DNA of 64,000 nucleotides from Bugula neritina (taxonomy: Eukaryota; Animalia; Bryozoa): NCBI GenBank assembly GCA_964035545.1, contig OZ037765.1, positions 30,503,504 through 30,567,503 of the forward strand, in the 5' to 3' direction. Positions 40,189 through 51,393 of the stretch are shown here, piece after piece. How positions within the stretch are numbered: the first letter of the stretch is position 1; every line of letters begins with the position of its first letter. The notes under the pieces are model-generated. The model was given only the letters and a program-made list of their open reading frames with translations, was not told the DNA's origin and did not search any database. Made by a program: the position numbers and the translations under genes.

Positions 40189-43100
40189 TCACTTTCCATA
40201 AGATTTAGATACGGATCCCACAGCCTCCCGCAACTTTGACAACTTAGCAACTTGAGCATTGATTTCATCCAGCTGAGAACTTAGTCTAATTAGTGTTTGA
40301 TTCTACAAAGATTACGACATCAGAGTACTTTTGTACAAATAGTGATGCCAACGTCAGCAGTGTGAAAAGATAGATTACATATACTTAAGAAATGTATATC
40401 ACCTACTCAAATTATTAAACAAGCTGCACAATGACATATTATGTACATTTCATGTGGCAACAGATTCTCCAGCCAAAAGACATTAAAGCGTTTCAAAACT
40501 AGTTATAAGTGGGAGTCTGCAAATGGAAGTTTACAAAAGTTATTTGCGTGACATCACAACTAAATACTGTGAGAATATCAACTCACAGATTTACTTGACA
40601 GAGTATTGGAGTTGTCAGAAGTCCATGTGACTGTATCGAGAAGGTTGGGCAGATCTGATAGCAAAGGGCTCACCATGTTGAAGAACTCAACAACACACCT
40701 GTAACATGTGTCACTACATACTGTAACATGTGTCACTAAATACTGTAACATGTGTCACTACATACGGTAACATGTGTCACTACATACTGTAACACAGGTG
40801 TATACCACAACTAAACACACCGAATAAATACATGTAACACAATATACATGTGTATATTACTACTACATACATGTAATATAATATGCATATATTACTACTA
40901 CATACATGTAGTATAATATGTATCTATTACCACTACATACATGTAGTATAATATGTGTATATTACTACTACATACTTATGAAGGGAAGCATCGATGATAA
41001 GATTCTCTCCAGTGTATGGTTTCTGTAGTCTACTTGTAATTAAAGACTTCTTTTCAACTGCTTCAGTAAGATGTGTGCTCAAAGATGCCAATTTGCTTAA
41101 TCTTGATTCTACAGCATTGATGGAAAGACAATTACTAGCAGCATCCGTAATTTTAATGCAATGCAGCATATTCAAAGAATTAGTGGATAAAACAGTAAAT
41201 AAAAGCAAAAGAGAAAAATGATCACTTACTAAGGGAAGAGGGAATGAAATAGATAAAAATCATCACCAAAAAATCAACATTTATTTTTGCTTCAACAGTA
41301 CATTAAACTATTTTGTGAGTCTTTCAAAATTTAAACTGATAATAAATGCTAAACACAACAACAAACCAATTTTTGTCATATTTGTGATGTCGCGTGTTTC
41401 TTTGTCCATTAAAAGTTTATTGATTTCTCGATTGATTGAATCAAGTTTATTTTCTGTAGATGTAATTTCTGCCATAAGATTCAAAGTCTTTACACTAGCA
41501 TAAGATTCATAAACCTTCTGTTGCTGTACAGCATCTTCTGGTCTGTCAAACTACAAAGAGTCAAGTATTGCAGTATTACTTCTTGCCTTCATAGTGATTA
41601 TGATGTTGATGATAATAAATTTAATCAGCTGCTAGAAACTAAAAAGGTTTGTATAAATATTGCTATAGTTGTTAAATATTTAAGTATTAAAGTTGGTACA
41701 AGTACAAGACTAATCTTAACTGTAGTACAGAAAAGCACTAAGCACTAGTTTAAGTTTTAGTAATAGTAAAATGATTATATTGTAACTGTTAGTATCTAGT
41801 GCTAATATTGTTATAATTTTCAGATTTAGGGTCGATGTGCCACCAAGAGAGTCTATTTATCACTAGAGAAACTTCACCAGTTAAGTCGAGTAGATATCGT
41901 TATATTTAATACAAGAATACATAATAAAAGTCCAATGTACAACAGTAATGATACGCACGTCTATTTAGTTTTACAGCACTATCCTCCACTGAGCTAGTAG
42001 CGCGAAGCGGCTACTATTACTTATAAACAGCTTAGCTAATTGGCTAATACATTGTTCCGGGTCAATACGCAACCTTGCGTATTGTGTTGCTGGTAGCTCC
42101 ACGAGCCACCACACTGCCCCCTCCAGCAGAAAGCCCACTTTCTGATAAAATAAGATTCACATAAAAAAAACGTATACTTCGTTGGGGGATAAGAGAACAG
42201 CATAAAAGTATATATAAAAAAAAAACAACAACTGGTAAAAAATATACAGGTATATATATCGTGCACTAAGTATAAGCAAGAGAAGGTCCTATCTACATAT
42301 AGAGTACGTGCCACCATTACGGTAGGGAATGCCACAGAGAGGTAGGGGAATGAGTAGTAGGGAGTGGTAGGTAGACTCGAGTTAACTGCGGGCAGCACGC
42401 TTCATGCGTTTAATCGACTCCTGTAAGTATTTGAGTTCACTGGAGGCTGCCTGTATTCGTGGGGCCAGCCTGTAGACTTCCTGCTCCAAGTCATGCGCCC
42501 TAGCTTCTACCTCACGTAGGTTACGGGCCCAGGGGGACGAGCGAGAGGAAGTTGGTTGCCTGTGTCGTTTCCGCTCTGAGGATGGAATAGGAGGAGGGAG
42601 TGTATACGCATTTGTGTCTACTCTCTGTAGTACGACACGAGGAAAGGTATGCGGCATGCGTATAGGACTGTGAGGTGGAGAGTTAGCAGACCGTGTAGGT
42701 TTATCTGTGGCTCCAGAGATGATAGGTCGCGGGGAAGGGAAGCCTTGCTCCAGGCGAGATAGCCGAGCTGAGTCAGTGATGAGTGGTTTGATGGCATTGA
42801 GAAAGGCAGGATATGATGATTCGTCTACTTCATAGACATGTCCTTGATAGCACTGCATAGTACGTTGGTGCCGCAGCAGGTAATCACGGTTATAGCTATA
42901 TTCGCCGCAAGGGCAGAAAGTGGTGATGTAATGCTGCGGCAAGTGCACCTTTAGTCTGCGGTGGGTTGTGAATCGCTGCTGGCAGAGGTTGCATTCACGA
43001 TTACTCTCACCTCCTTGATGGGTCCTGATTTCCCTCTCTGTGGCAGGGGTAATCCAGTTGGAGGTTGCTTCCAACTGGGGTGGTAATTGCCTGGTGGTAG

Positions 43101-46100
43101 GAGTTGTTGGGGCCGGCTCTGGGTCCCATGCCATCTCTAGAGAAGGCATGTCCGTAGAGACGGTTGCGAGTGTGTCTACAAAAGTAGAATTATTGTTAGA
43201 TCGCGGTGGATCTTTACAACATAATTCTAGTGACTGTCGGCCGTTGCTAGCCTGAGAGTCACAGCTTTTGGAATGCACTCGAGGAACTGATGAATCATGT
43301 GTGGACTGACCAAGAACAGTGTCTAGCTCCAGGTCTAACAGACCGTCGGCCATTACAGTGTCTTCATCGTCATTCACATGAAACGTGGTTCCCAGTAATT
43401 CTGATTCAATCTGCTGAATTAGTTCAGAATTTACTGGCATCGAGCCCGTTTCCATGAATAGGAATACAAGACTTATACTGGCTTACCTGGGAACTCGGTA
43501 TTAATGTCCATACTCAACGTTCTTGGTAAGGTTGGAGCTGGTTGTGGGATACGTCTGCCTTTGGCGATGTCAGCATAAGAAAAGGCTGAGCATCGTTTCT
43601 GAGGCACGAGGTTGGAACTATTTGCTTTACGCGCATTAATTCCTCCCACTATTCCGCCCTCGCAAAAGTTGATATTTGCGTGGGGTTCACAACTCCAACA
43701 TTTCATCGTACGGCTTTCCCCTAGACTTTCATGTGCGCCGCTTCTAATGCAGTCACATATGAAGTCTTTCAAATACGGTGGGGGCTTCCTCGTACGCTGT
43801 CCCCTTTCTAGGGGGGGTGACACGCTTGCCGGCTCGTTAGTAGGGGCCTCTAACGGCGTCTCTACTTCACCGTTAGTGGTCACCTCTTCTTGTTCTCCGG
43901 ATGGAGCCCCTCCCTCCGTGGGGGTTTGCACTTCCGGAACCGGCTCGGTTTCTGGAAGTGATGGAATTTGACTTGGCGGTGGCGGACACGCTTCTGTTGA
44001 CAAAAGCTGCCGCTCCTCTCTCACCAAGTTTTCCTCCCGCGGTATGACCACTTCGTATTCAGGTCCATGCCGCCGTCGCCCGCGCGTCGTTGTCTGCCTC
44101 CTGGGCTCTAACAACGGGGGGGCTTCTCCCACTCCGTCAGGGCTAGCCCAATACGGTTTCAAGCGAGACTCATTCTAGATAGACACCTGTCCTGAGCGCT
44201 CAATCTTGTACGTATGATTGGGCATAGCCTCGACGACCACGTAGGGGCCTACGAACTTAGGCTTCAGCTTATCAGCCTGTCCGCGGCGCCTACGGTAATT
44301 GACCATCCACACCTTATCTCCCCTTTGATAGAGAGGGGGTTCATCGGAATCTTCGTGCCGCACCTTCCACTGCTGTTGACGCAGTATATCGTGTGCGGCC
44401 TTCATCCGTTCCACTAGTTCACTGGCATACTCGTGAACCGAGTTGTCTTGCTCTGGAACGTGATAGGTGAGATGGTCAGGGACACGAGTCTCTCTCCCGA
44501 GCATCAAGAGGTTTGGGGTCTCACCAGTACTGGTGTGTGGGGTGCTACGATATGCACGCATGACTTGCGGCAACACCGTATCCCATTCCTCTTGACCTCG
44601 TCCAAGGAGGAGACTCCGGAGCGCATCACCTAGCATCCGGTTGTTGCGCTCCACCACCCCGTTACCTTGAGGGTGGTAGGGGGTGGTCCTGCTCTGATTT
44701 ACTCCCCAGAGGTGGCAAAGGTCGCTCATCAGTTGAGACTGGAATTGAGCGCCTTGATCAGAGTGTATCTGTTCGGGAAGCCCAAAATAACAGAATACAT
44801 GTTGGTCTAGTGCCCTGGCCACTGTTGGGGCTGATGCATCTGGGATGGCCAGAGCATCCGCCCACCTAGTAAAGTGGTCGGTTAGTACTAGGATCCAATT
44901 ATTGCCTCTGGGGGTCAGGGGCATGGGTCCGACCAGGTCTACAGCGACTACTTGCCAGGGCCTACCAGCATATAGCCTCCGCCGTCCTGCTTCACCAGGG
45001 GGGCGGCTATGTTTACTGGCCTGGCAGATCTCACACTGTTTGACTCTGAGCCGGACGTCACGCTCCATTTGCGGCCAATACCACCGGAGTCGTAATTTGG
45101 ATATCACTCTCTTGACCCCTGCGTGGGCCTGCTTGTGAGTATCCCAAATCAACTCACGGCGGATGGCCGTGGGGCAGACTACCCTCTTCCTTTCTGGGTG
45201 TCTACCGCTGGCAGCTAGAGAGATGGTTAGCAACCCATCCTGCCCGATCCGCAGCGAGTCCCAACGCTGACAGTATAGCCGGAGTTCGGCGCATCCCTGT
45301 CGTATGCGTTCCTCGCTGGGTCGTCGCCCTTCCCTTTTGGCCCGGTATATGTCTGCCACGACTCCAGGCAGCTCTTCTTGGAGCTTCTTCAGCTCCCGAA
45401 CATTACCGGCCAGTACAGGGTTGGCGCGGAGGTTTTGTACATCCTCCGGGGACTCATCAGCTCTTTGCCTGAGTTGACCTTGATCCCAGTCAAACGGTGC
45501 TCCGTGATGAGCCAGCGTCTCCAACTCGCATCGCGGGGGACCTCCATCCCTCCTCTCGATGTTGAGACACTGTTTGCAACCTCCGTCAGGTCGGCGACTC
45601 AACCCATCCGCATTGCTGTGTCTCTTGCCCGGTCGATGTTCGATCCGGTATGAGAATTCAGCTAGGATTTCGAGCCACCGGGCGACCTGACTAGAGGGCT
45701 CTGCTCTCTTGCACAACCAGATCAGCGAGGCATGATCCGTACGCAGCCGGAACTTCCTGCCATATAGGTATGGTCTGAAGTGCTTCACTGACTTGATTAC
45801 TGCCAGCAGCTCCTTGCGGGTAGTGCAGTAATTTCGTTCAGCGGGAGAGAGAGACTTGCTGTAGTAGGCTACTACTACTTCTCGGCCTTCCTGCGCTTGT
45901 GACAGCACAGCGCCAACATTCTGGTCACTGGCGTCCGTGTCTAGGATGTACTCCAGAGTGGGGTCTGGGTAGGCCAAGATGGGCGCCGTTAGGAGGCAGC
46001 CCTTGAGGCGGTCGAACGCTTCTTGTTCGACTGGGGTCCACTGCCACGTCACTCCCTTTGCGGTAAGCCGGTTTAACGGCTGGGCTATGCCCGCAAAGTC

Positions 46101-49100
46101 TGGTATGTATTGCCTGTAATACCCTACCAGCCCCAAGAAAGCCCGGAGTCCGGTCAAGTCTTGGGGGGTGACCCAGTCTTCTACTGCCCGTACCTTTTCG
46201 GGATCCGTTGCCACGCCGTTTCGACCGACAACGTGCCCCAGGTACTTGACCTCCGGCTGCAACAGAGCGCACTTGGAAGGTTTGAGCTTAAGACCGGCAC
46301 CTCGGAGTCTCTCGAAAACCTCCTGCAGACGACTGACATGTGTCTCGAAGTCTGGAGAGATTACGATGACATCATCGAGGTAGACCAGCAGTGTCTTCCA
46401 ATGGAGTCCGCTAAGGACTTGTTCCATCAGCCTCTGGAAGGTGGCTGGGGCGGAGGTTAACCCGAAGGGCAGCACCTTCCACTTCCACAAACCGTCCCGT
46501 GTAATAAACGCCGCTTTCTCCTGGGCGTCGGGACTCAGAGGAACCTGCCAATAGCCGCTTAGCAAGTCTAACGTACTGAAGTACTTGCTGCCGGCTAGGG
46601 CGTCCAATGACTCGTCAATACGAGGTAGAGGGTAGGCGTCCTGTATGGTTACGCTATTGAGTTTGCGGTAATCCACACAGAACCGCCAACTGCCGTCTTT
46701 CTTCCGGACCAGTACGACTGGCGAGCTCCACGCACTATGGGCGGGCTCTATCAGTCCCCGGTCCAGAAGATCCCGTACTTGTCGGCTAACCTCCTTCTCT
46801 TTCTCCGGCCCCAGCCTGCGTGTGGGCTGCCGGACAGGGACTGTCCCTGCAGTCAGCGGTATTTCGTGTCTGACAATGCCAGTCAGTCCCACGTCATGCT
46901 CTCCGCTGCTGAACACATCACCGTAGTCGCGTAGTAACTTGGCCATAGCTTGGCGTTCTCTGTTACTCGCGCAGCCGCCACTGGCTGTTTCGTATAACTC
47001 CCGGAGATGTGTTGGGACTGCCCCTCGTCCCTGAATAGGGTGTCGAGGGGGTGCCTCCGTCGCGTCACCCAGCGACGGGCCCACGTCCTCTTCCTGGACG
47101 GAATGGAACCGGCCCAGCATTGACCCAGCTGGGAGCTCAATGGGCTCGGTAAAGGGGTTGACGCACTGCACTAAGACCTCCCCTCGCTCAGTTAGTCGGT
47201 TTAAACTACTGGCGAGTTGGATCTTTTCGTGCGCGCTTTCAACGACCCCGAGCCTGGCTATCCGGTTGCTGTTCACTCGGCAGTGGATAGTAGCTCTGGA
47301 GCGTCCGGGTACGGTGCAGTTTCGAACTACCTGAACACCGCCCACCAGGGGACGCCCAAACTTATCCACACAGGCGAGTTCTCGCCCGCCCATCAGCACC
47401 ACCGACTTACTGAAATCTATTCGGCACTGGTGTTGCTTCAAGAAGGGCATTCCGAGGATAGCATCTTCTTCCAGTTGACCTATGACAAAGGTCTCCTGTA
47501 CAGCCTGATCTCGGACACGCCCAGGGAGCTCGATAATACCATAAAAGGGGATACATGACCCGTCTGCCAGGGTGCCATGTTCTCCAGTATACGGTCGTAC
47601 TCTATCCCTGTCCCGGCGGGGCAGTGCCTCAAAGACTCTACGACTGAGAAGGTTGGTAGTACAACCGGAGTCGAGCAGGAAAGTGACGGCGTTGCCGGCC
47701 ACCTTTCCGGGTAGGAAATAGCTCTCTCCATGTGGTTGTACTTTCACCCCCCCCCCCGCATGTGCTGTCCTGGTTTGACAGGACGGCGGGGGTTTCACCC
47801 GTGGTTTACGGGGCTTCCGGCGGCGAGGTTGGTGCCGGCGGGGTTTGGGCCTCTCCACTGGGCCTTCTGGCTCCATTTCAGTGGCGGGCTCCTCTTCCCG
47901 AGGTAACCGGTGAAACCGGTTAGTGAGTGGCAGGGAGAAGGTACTGGGCCGTTGTGCGGGCCTACTAGTCCTGCGTGGTACCTGCCACTCGGGTGGAATG
48001 TTCCGCCGTGTCCGTACGGACAAACGACGGCGCGTTCCACCATACTCCTTTAGTTGCGGCCCGCGGGGAGGGAGTGTGTCCGCGGGCCGTGACAGTTTAA
48101 CGCCCCCTGGTATTGGGGTCGTCCTTTCTGTCCCTGGTCCTGATCAGTGCTACTCCAGCCCTGCCCCACAGATGTTGGGGGCATCCGTAAGGCCTGACCG
48201 GGGCCAGCACCGGCCAGAATGGTTACCAATTGTCCCAGCATCTCTACCATGCGGTCCACTTCGGCTTCCAGCGGGAGGGCTTCGGAGCCTGTCGTAGCCC
48301 TGGCAGCGCTGACTCCAACTACTGGGGGGTTCCTTTGTGCTCGATGCATTTGGGTAGCCAACAGGTAAGCTTCTCCAGCCTTCAGGGCATCCTCTATTCT
48401 GGTTATCCCTTTAGCTCGTAGGTGATGGTCTAGGCCCAGGTCGTTTAGGGACTGGACAAAGGCGTCATAGGTGTAACGCTCTTGGTGTTGTGCTGGCAGA
48501 TCGCTATATGCAATCTGCGCCAGCTTCTTCACCGTCGCGGCATGTTCTTGCAGCGAGGTCCGCGGGGTGCGGCACAATCTCTCCAGCTTGGTCCTAGCGT
48601 CTATGACGGAGGTGCCAAAACAGGCCCGCAGCGCAGCCAGTATGCCGTCTACGTCTGTTCCCACTCCGTACGGCTTGGCTTGCTCCGTCACCGCTCTCCG
48701 CAATTGAATGAGGGCCACTCTATGCGGCCATTGAGCAACTTCCATTACCTCTCTAAATTCTTGTATAAATTGTTCGACATCTTCCGAACCAGTAAAGGTG
48801 GGAGCTTTCAAGCAATGTCTATAAGCTTCTTCTCCTTCACGATTCACAGGATTAACAGCATTTCTACGCTCACCTTCTACTGGGGGTGGTTGCATTCTAG
48901 CATTTTCAGTCTCCATCTTTGATATACACTATCCCACCGCTGCCACCACTGTTATAATTTTCAGATTTAGGGTCGATGTGCCACCAAGAGAGTCTATTTA
49001 TCACTAGAGAAACTTCACCAGTTAAGTCGAGTAGATATCGTTATATTTAATACAAGAATACATAATAAAAGTCCAATGTACAACAGTAATGATACGCACG

Positions 49101-50337
49101 TCTATTTAGTTTTACAGCACTATCCTCCACTGAGCTAGTAGCGCGAAGCGGCTACTATTACTTATAAACAGCTTAGCTAATTGGCTAATACATTGTTCCG
49201 GGTCAATACGCAACCTTGCGTATTGTGTTGCTGGTAGCTCCACGAGCCACCACAATATTACTGTTTAGAGTTATTACTATATAAACTCTAAAAGCAACTT
49301 TAATTCTACCATGACAAACCAATAGGTGTATTAGCATTACATTTGCTTTAACCATCCCAAAAAACTACATATTGAAAGTCAGACAAGCAAATGTATTTGT
49401 AATGACAACCTTTGAATTGGTAACTAAAAGTAAATCCAATACTTATAGTTATGAATACTAATACTAATAGCTATAGTGAATAACTAAAAGAAAACATCCA
49501 TATCACAATTGTCATCACTTGTTGAAATATTTTTCCCACTAAACTACTCTGCTGGGTAGAACTACATGTGTAGTCAATAAATTAAAATATATATTCAAAA
49601 ATAATTTCTAGTGAATTCAAAACAGGTCTGGTTAGCCTGCCTGCGCGAAGAATGCAGTATGGGACCGCGATGTGATTGCTGTTTCTGATTTAACTTTCAC
49701 GTTTAGTTGTCGGTTATAGGGTATTGTTGTAATATCAATTTTAATTTTTTTTGTGAGTTAGCCTCTCAGTCTGTGAGTGTGTAGTGAATGTGATCAAATT
49801 GAAACAATTATATTTATAATAATGATATTAATATTATATAATATTGTATATTAATTATTATTATAAATAGACCATTGTCATTGCTATTGCTAATAGTAAT
49901 ACTGATGTTAATACTACTACTGCTAATAGTTACAACCTATAGTATTAGCATTCACATCAAAGTTAAAATTAGTACTACTATTAGTAGTACTAGTAGTACT
50001 AGTAGTAGTAGCTTAGAAATAATATTAATGATGCATTAAAATATAATAAATTATTAATTTTAAATACAATATTAACATTTATGATTTATCACTATAACCA
50101 GAACTAGCCCTAAGTAACTAATAAATTAAAATATTGAAATAGAATTACTATTAATACTAATAGTAATACTAATAGACATAGTGACACTCACACTGATAGA
50201 AACTTTGATAGATCATGGAAAATGCTACTAACTTTGTAACCTAAATCATTTGCTAGGTTTAGTAATCTTCGTGTGTTTCCATATCGCCTTTCTTCGTCCT
50301 CATTCCATGGATTGGCTTCCAAGTATAACAGGTCCAT
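40189..50337 (-). CDS. HAUS2: HAUS augmin-like complex subunit 2 (CEP27), 5 exons; intron 1 contains the LTR element
   Basis: Exons 50337-50233 (EANPW), 41550-41367 (EINKLLMDKETRDIT), 41108-40976 (HLTEAVEKKSLITSRLQKPYTGENLIIDASLH), 40698-40587 and 40302-40189 join in frame with GT-AG. They match remembered HAUS2 blocks NPW, EKDTADV and RL.KP...ENL.IEA.YH. Confidence 0.8.
40699..40975. repeat. HAUS2 intron 3 made largely of a 22-bp acceptor repeat (x4) and a 35-bp donor repeat (x4)
   Basis: CTGTAACATGTGTCACTACATA at 40699, 40721, 40743, 40765; CTACATAC ending at 40870, 40905, 40940, 40975. Confidence 0.88.
41809..42113 (-). repeat. 3' LTR
   Basis: Direct repeat of 48950-49254. Confidence 0.97.
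42114..42124 (-). other. Polypurine tract
   Basis: Minus strand GGAGGGGGCAG immediately precedes the 3' LTR TG. Confidence 0.8.
42382..43455 (-). CDS. Retrotransposon ORF3: acidic N-terminus, C2H2-type zinc fingers, basic patch, C-terminal coiled coil (not Env)
   Basis: 357-aa ATG ORF 17 nt after the pol-frame stop. CNLC-x12-HLPQH finger, then a CPC-x12-H..C finger; RKRHR; heptad LREVEARAHDLEQEVYRLAPRIQAASSELKYLQESI; no signal peptide or TM segment. Confidence 0.8.
   Translation of the reverse strand: METGSMPVNSELIQQIESELLGTTFHVNDDEDTVMADGLLDLELDTVLGQSTHDSSVPRVHSKSCDSQASNGRQSLELCCKDPPRSNNNSTFVDTLATVSTDMPSLEMAWDPEPAPTTPTTRQLPPQLEATSNWITPATEREIRTHQGGESNRECNLCQQRFTTHRRLKVHLPQHYITTFCPCGEYSYNRDYLLRHQRTMQCYQGHVYEVDESSYPAFLNAIKPLITDSARLSRLEQGFPSPRPIISGATDKPTRSANSPPHSPIRMPHTFPRVVLQRVDTNAYTLPPPIPSSERKRHRQPTSSRSSPWARNLREVEARAHDLEQEVYRLAPRIQAASSELKYLQESIKRMKRAARS
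43473..48101 (-). CDS. pol: Pol polyprotein (protease, RT, RNase H, integrase), -1 frame relative to gag, interrupted by an in-frame TAG at 44175-44177
   Basis: LLDSGCT (PR), YLDD (RT), LDTDASD (RH), H..H..CEIC plus VAVD/HSDQG/VVER (IN), GPY. ORF 43473-44162 continues in the same frame: SI*NESRLKPYW...RKPPPYLKDF. Confidence 0.93.
48044..48101 (-). other. Predicted -1 ribosomal frameshift signal (G UUA AAC + H-type pseudoknot)
   Basis: Slip site 48101-48095 in gag codon phase; 5-nt spacer; 10-bp stem CGGCCCGCGG/CCGCGGGCCG; loop ACTCC pairs with downstream GGAGT; pol frame open from here and no ATG at its start. Confidence 0.8.
48050..48916 (-). CDS. gag: Gag (capsid-like), no CCHC knuckle
   Basis: 288-aa ORF just after the PBS; APTFTGSEDVEQFIQEF...W, SLQEHAATVKKLAQIAY and DAFVQSL resemble Gypsy capsid blocks. 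Confidence 0.88.
   Translation of the reverse strand: METENARMQPPPVEGERRNAVNPVNREGEEAYRHCLKAPTFTGSEDVEQFIQEFREVMEVAQWPHRVALIQLRRAVTEQAKPYGVGTDVDGILAALRACFGTSVIDARTKLERLCRTPRTSLQEHAATVKKLAQIAYSDLPAQHQERYTYDAFVQSLNDLGLDHHLRAKGITRIEDALKAGEAYLLATQMHRAQRNPPVVGVSAARATTGSEALPLEAEVDRMVEMLGQLVTILAGAGPGQALRMPPTSVGQGWSSTDQDQGQKGRPQYQGALNCHGPRTHSLPAGRN
48931..48948 (-). other. Primer-binding site for tRNA-Leu
   Basis: TGGTGGCAGCGGTGGGAT, 1 nt from the 5' LTR, is complementary to the 3' end (ATCCCACCGCTGCCA-CCA) of metazoan tRNA-Leu(AAG/TAG). Confidence 0.88.
48950..49254 (-). repeat. 5' LTR
   Basis: Direct repeat of 41809-42113. Minus strand has CCAAT (49180-49184), TATA-like TTTATAAG (49161-49168) and ATTAAA (~49046-49051). 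Confidence 0.97.
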
Positions 50338-51393
50338 AAACAGTTTGTATACTTCAAGTATGTACTAAAAGTAAATAAAGAAGCAATTTTTCTGACTGTC
50401 GCATCAAAATCGTTCACTTCAAATTAAATTTGAAAAGCGATAACAAACATAGACATGTGTTTTCAAATAAAGCTAGTGGGCTGTGCAAGACTATTTTATT
50501 GAACAAATCTTCGAGGTCTATGAAAGAATAGACGTGCAATGGGATCGTTACATTACGATTAGAGGTTATAGCAATAAAAAATCTACCAGAGAGGGAATAA
50601 CTCTACACTAACTAAAAAACCATCGTTCACTAAACTAGCTAATGGGTATAATATGGTGAAAGTATTGAAATTGCATTAATCTCCATGTTGTAGCATGACA
50701 TTGCATAAAGCTAAAAGATGTAATGGCTTTTTCATGTTAGCTTCAGCGCTTATTTTGTTTATTTATATACAGCTATATCAGCTTTTCTGTGCAAGTTAAT
50801 ATATAAGGTGGTAACACTTCTACTGTTTTCATTGTAAATTTTTTTATGATCAATACACCTGTTTGAAACACAACACTCCAGATCATGTCTTGTATATTCA
50901 TTAAATTAACCAGATTATAATAATTATTATAGTGTGTGATGCTGCACCAACAGATAGCTGATGACTTATAACTATTGCCCCTGAAAATGTAATTTTTGAT
51001 GGTTTGTCGAGATGCATCTAAAATTTTTATGAATTTGTCATGGTCATTTTTTGATGGTTACTTTTTTTATTTGTAAGTATATTTATATGCAACATTTAAA
51101 AAATAATAAAACTAAAATTATGATATGCACTATTAAAAACCATGCTTGAAATCTATAATAATTATAAAATCATACTAAATTATAAACTGGAACTTTGAAA
51201 ACTGTTACATGTGTTATACACAACATAAAAAAATGGAAAAATACAAAGTTCACAACTTTCAATATTGATAAAAGTATAAAATATTACAATTAAAGCAATA
51301 TAAATAAAATATTCAACTAAACTATCCCAGAGTGGTAGAGCTATAGTGAGATTGACAAGCAGGTTTATTAAGAGTGCTAACCAACATTAAATT

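Larger units (their letters stand above)
41809..49254 (-). mobile_element. Full-length Ty3/Gypsy LTR retrotransposon, recent insertion
   Basis: TG..CA LTRs at 41809-42113 and 48950-49254 (305 bp, identical by eye); 4-bp TSD ATAT (41805-41808 / 49255-49258); PBS, PPT, gag, pol (PR-RT-RH-IN order) and a third ORF. Confidence 0.97.

Noticed and set aside
42382-43455. ORF3 as an envelope gene
   Set aside because: No signal peptide, fusion peptide or transmembrane anchor.
43040-48922. Many plus-strand and alternate-frame ORFs inside the retrotransposon
   Set aside because: Short shadows of GC-rich gag/pol/ORF3 coding sequence with no motifs.
49485-49555. Possible extra HAUS2 exon
   Set aside because: Stop in the needed phase or weak splice sites; exon 1 joins exon 41550 in frame without it.
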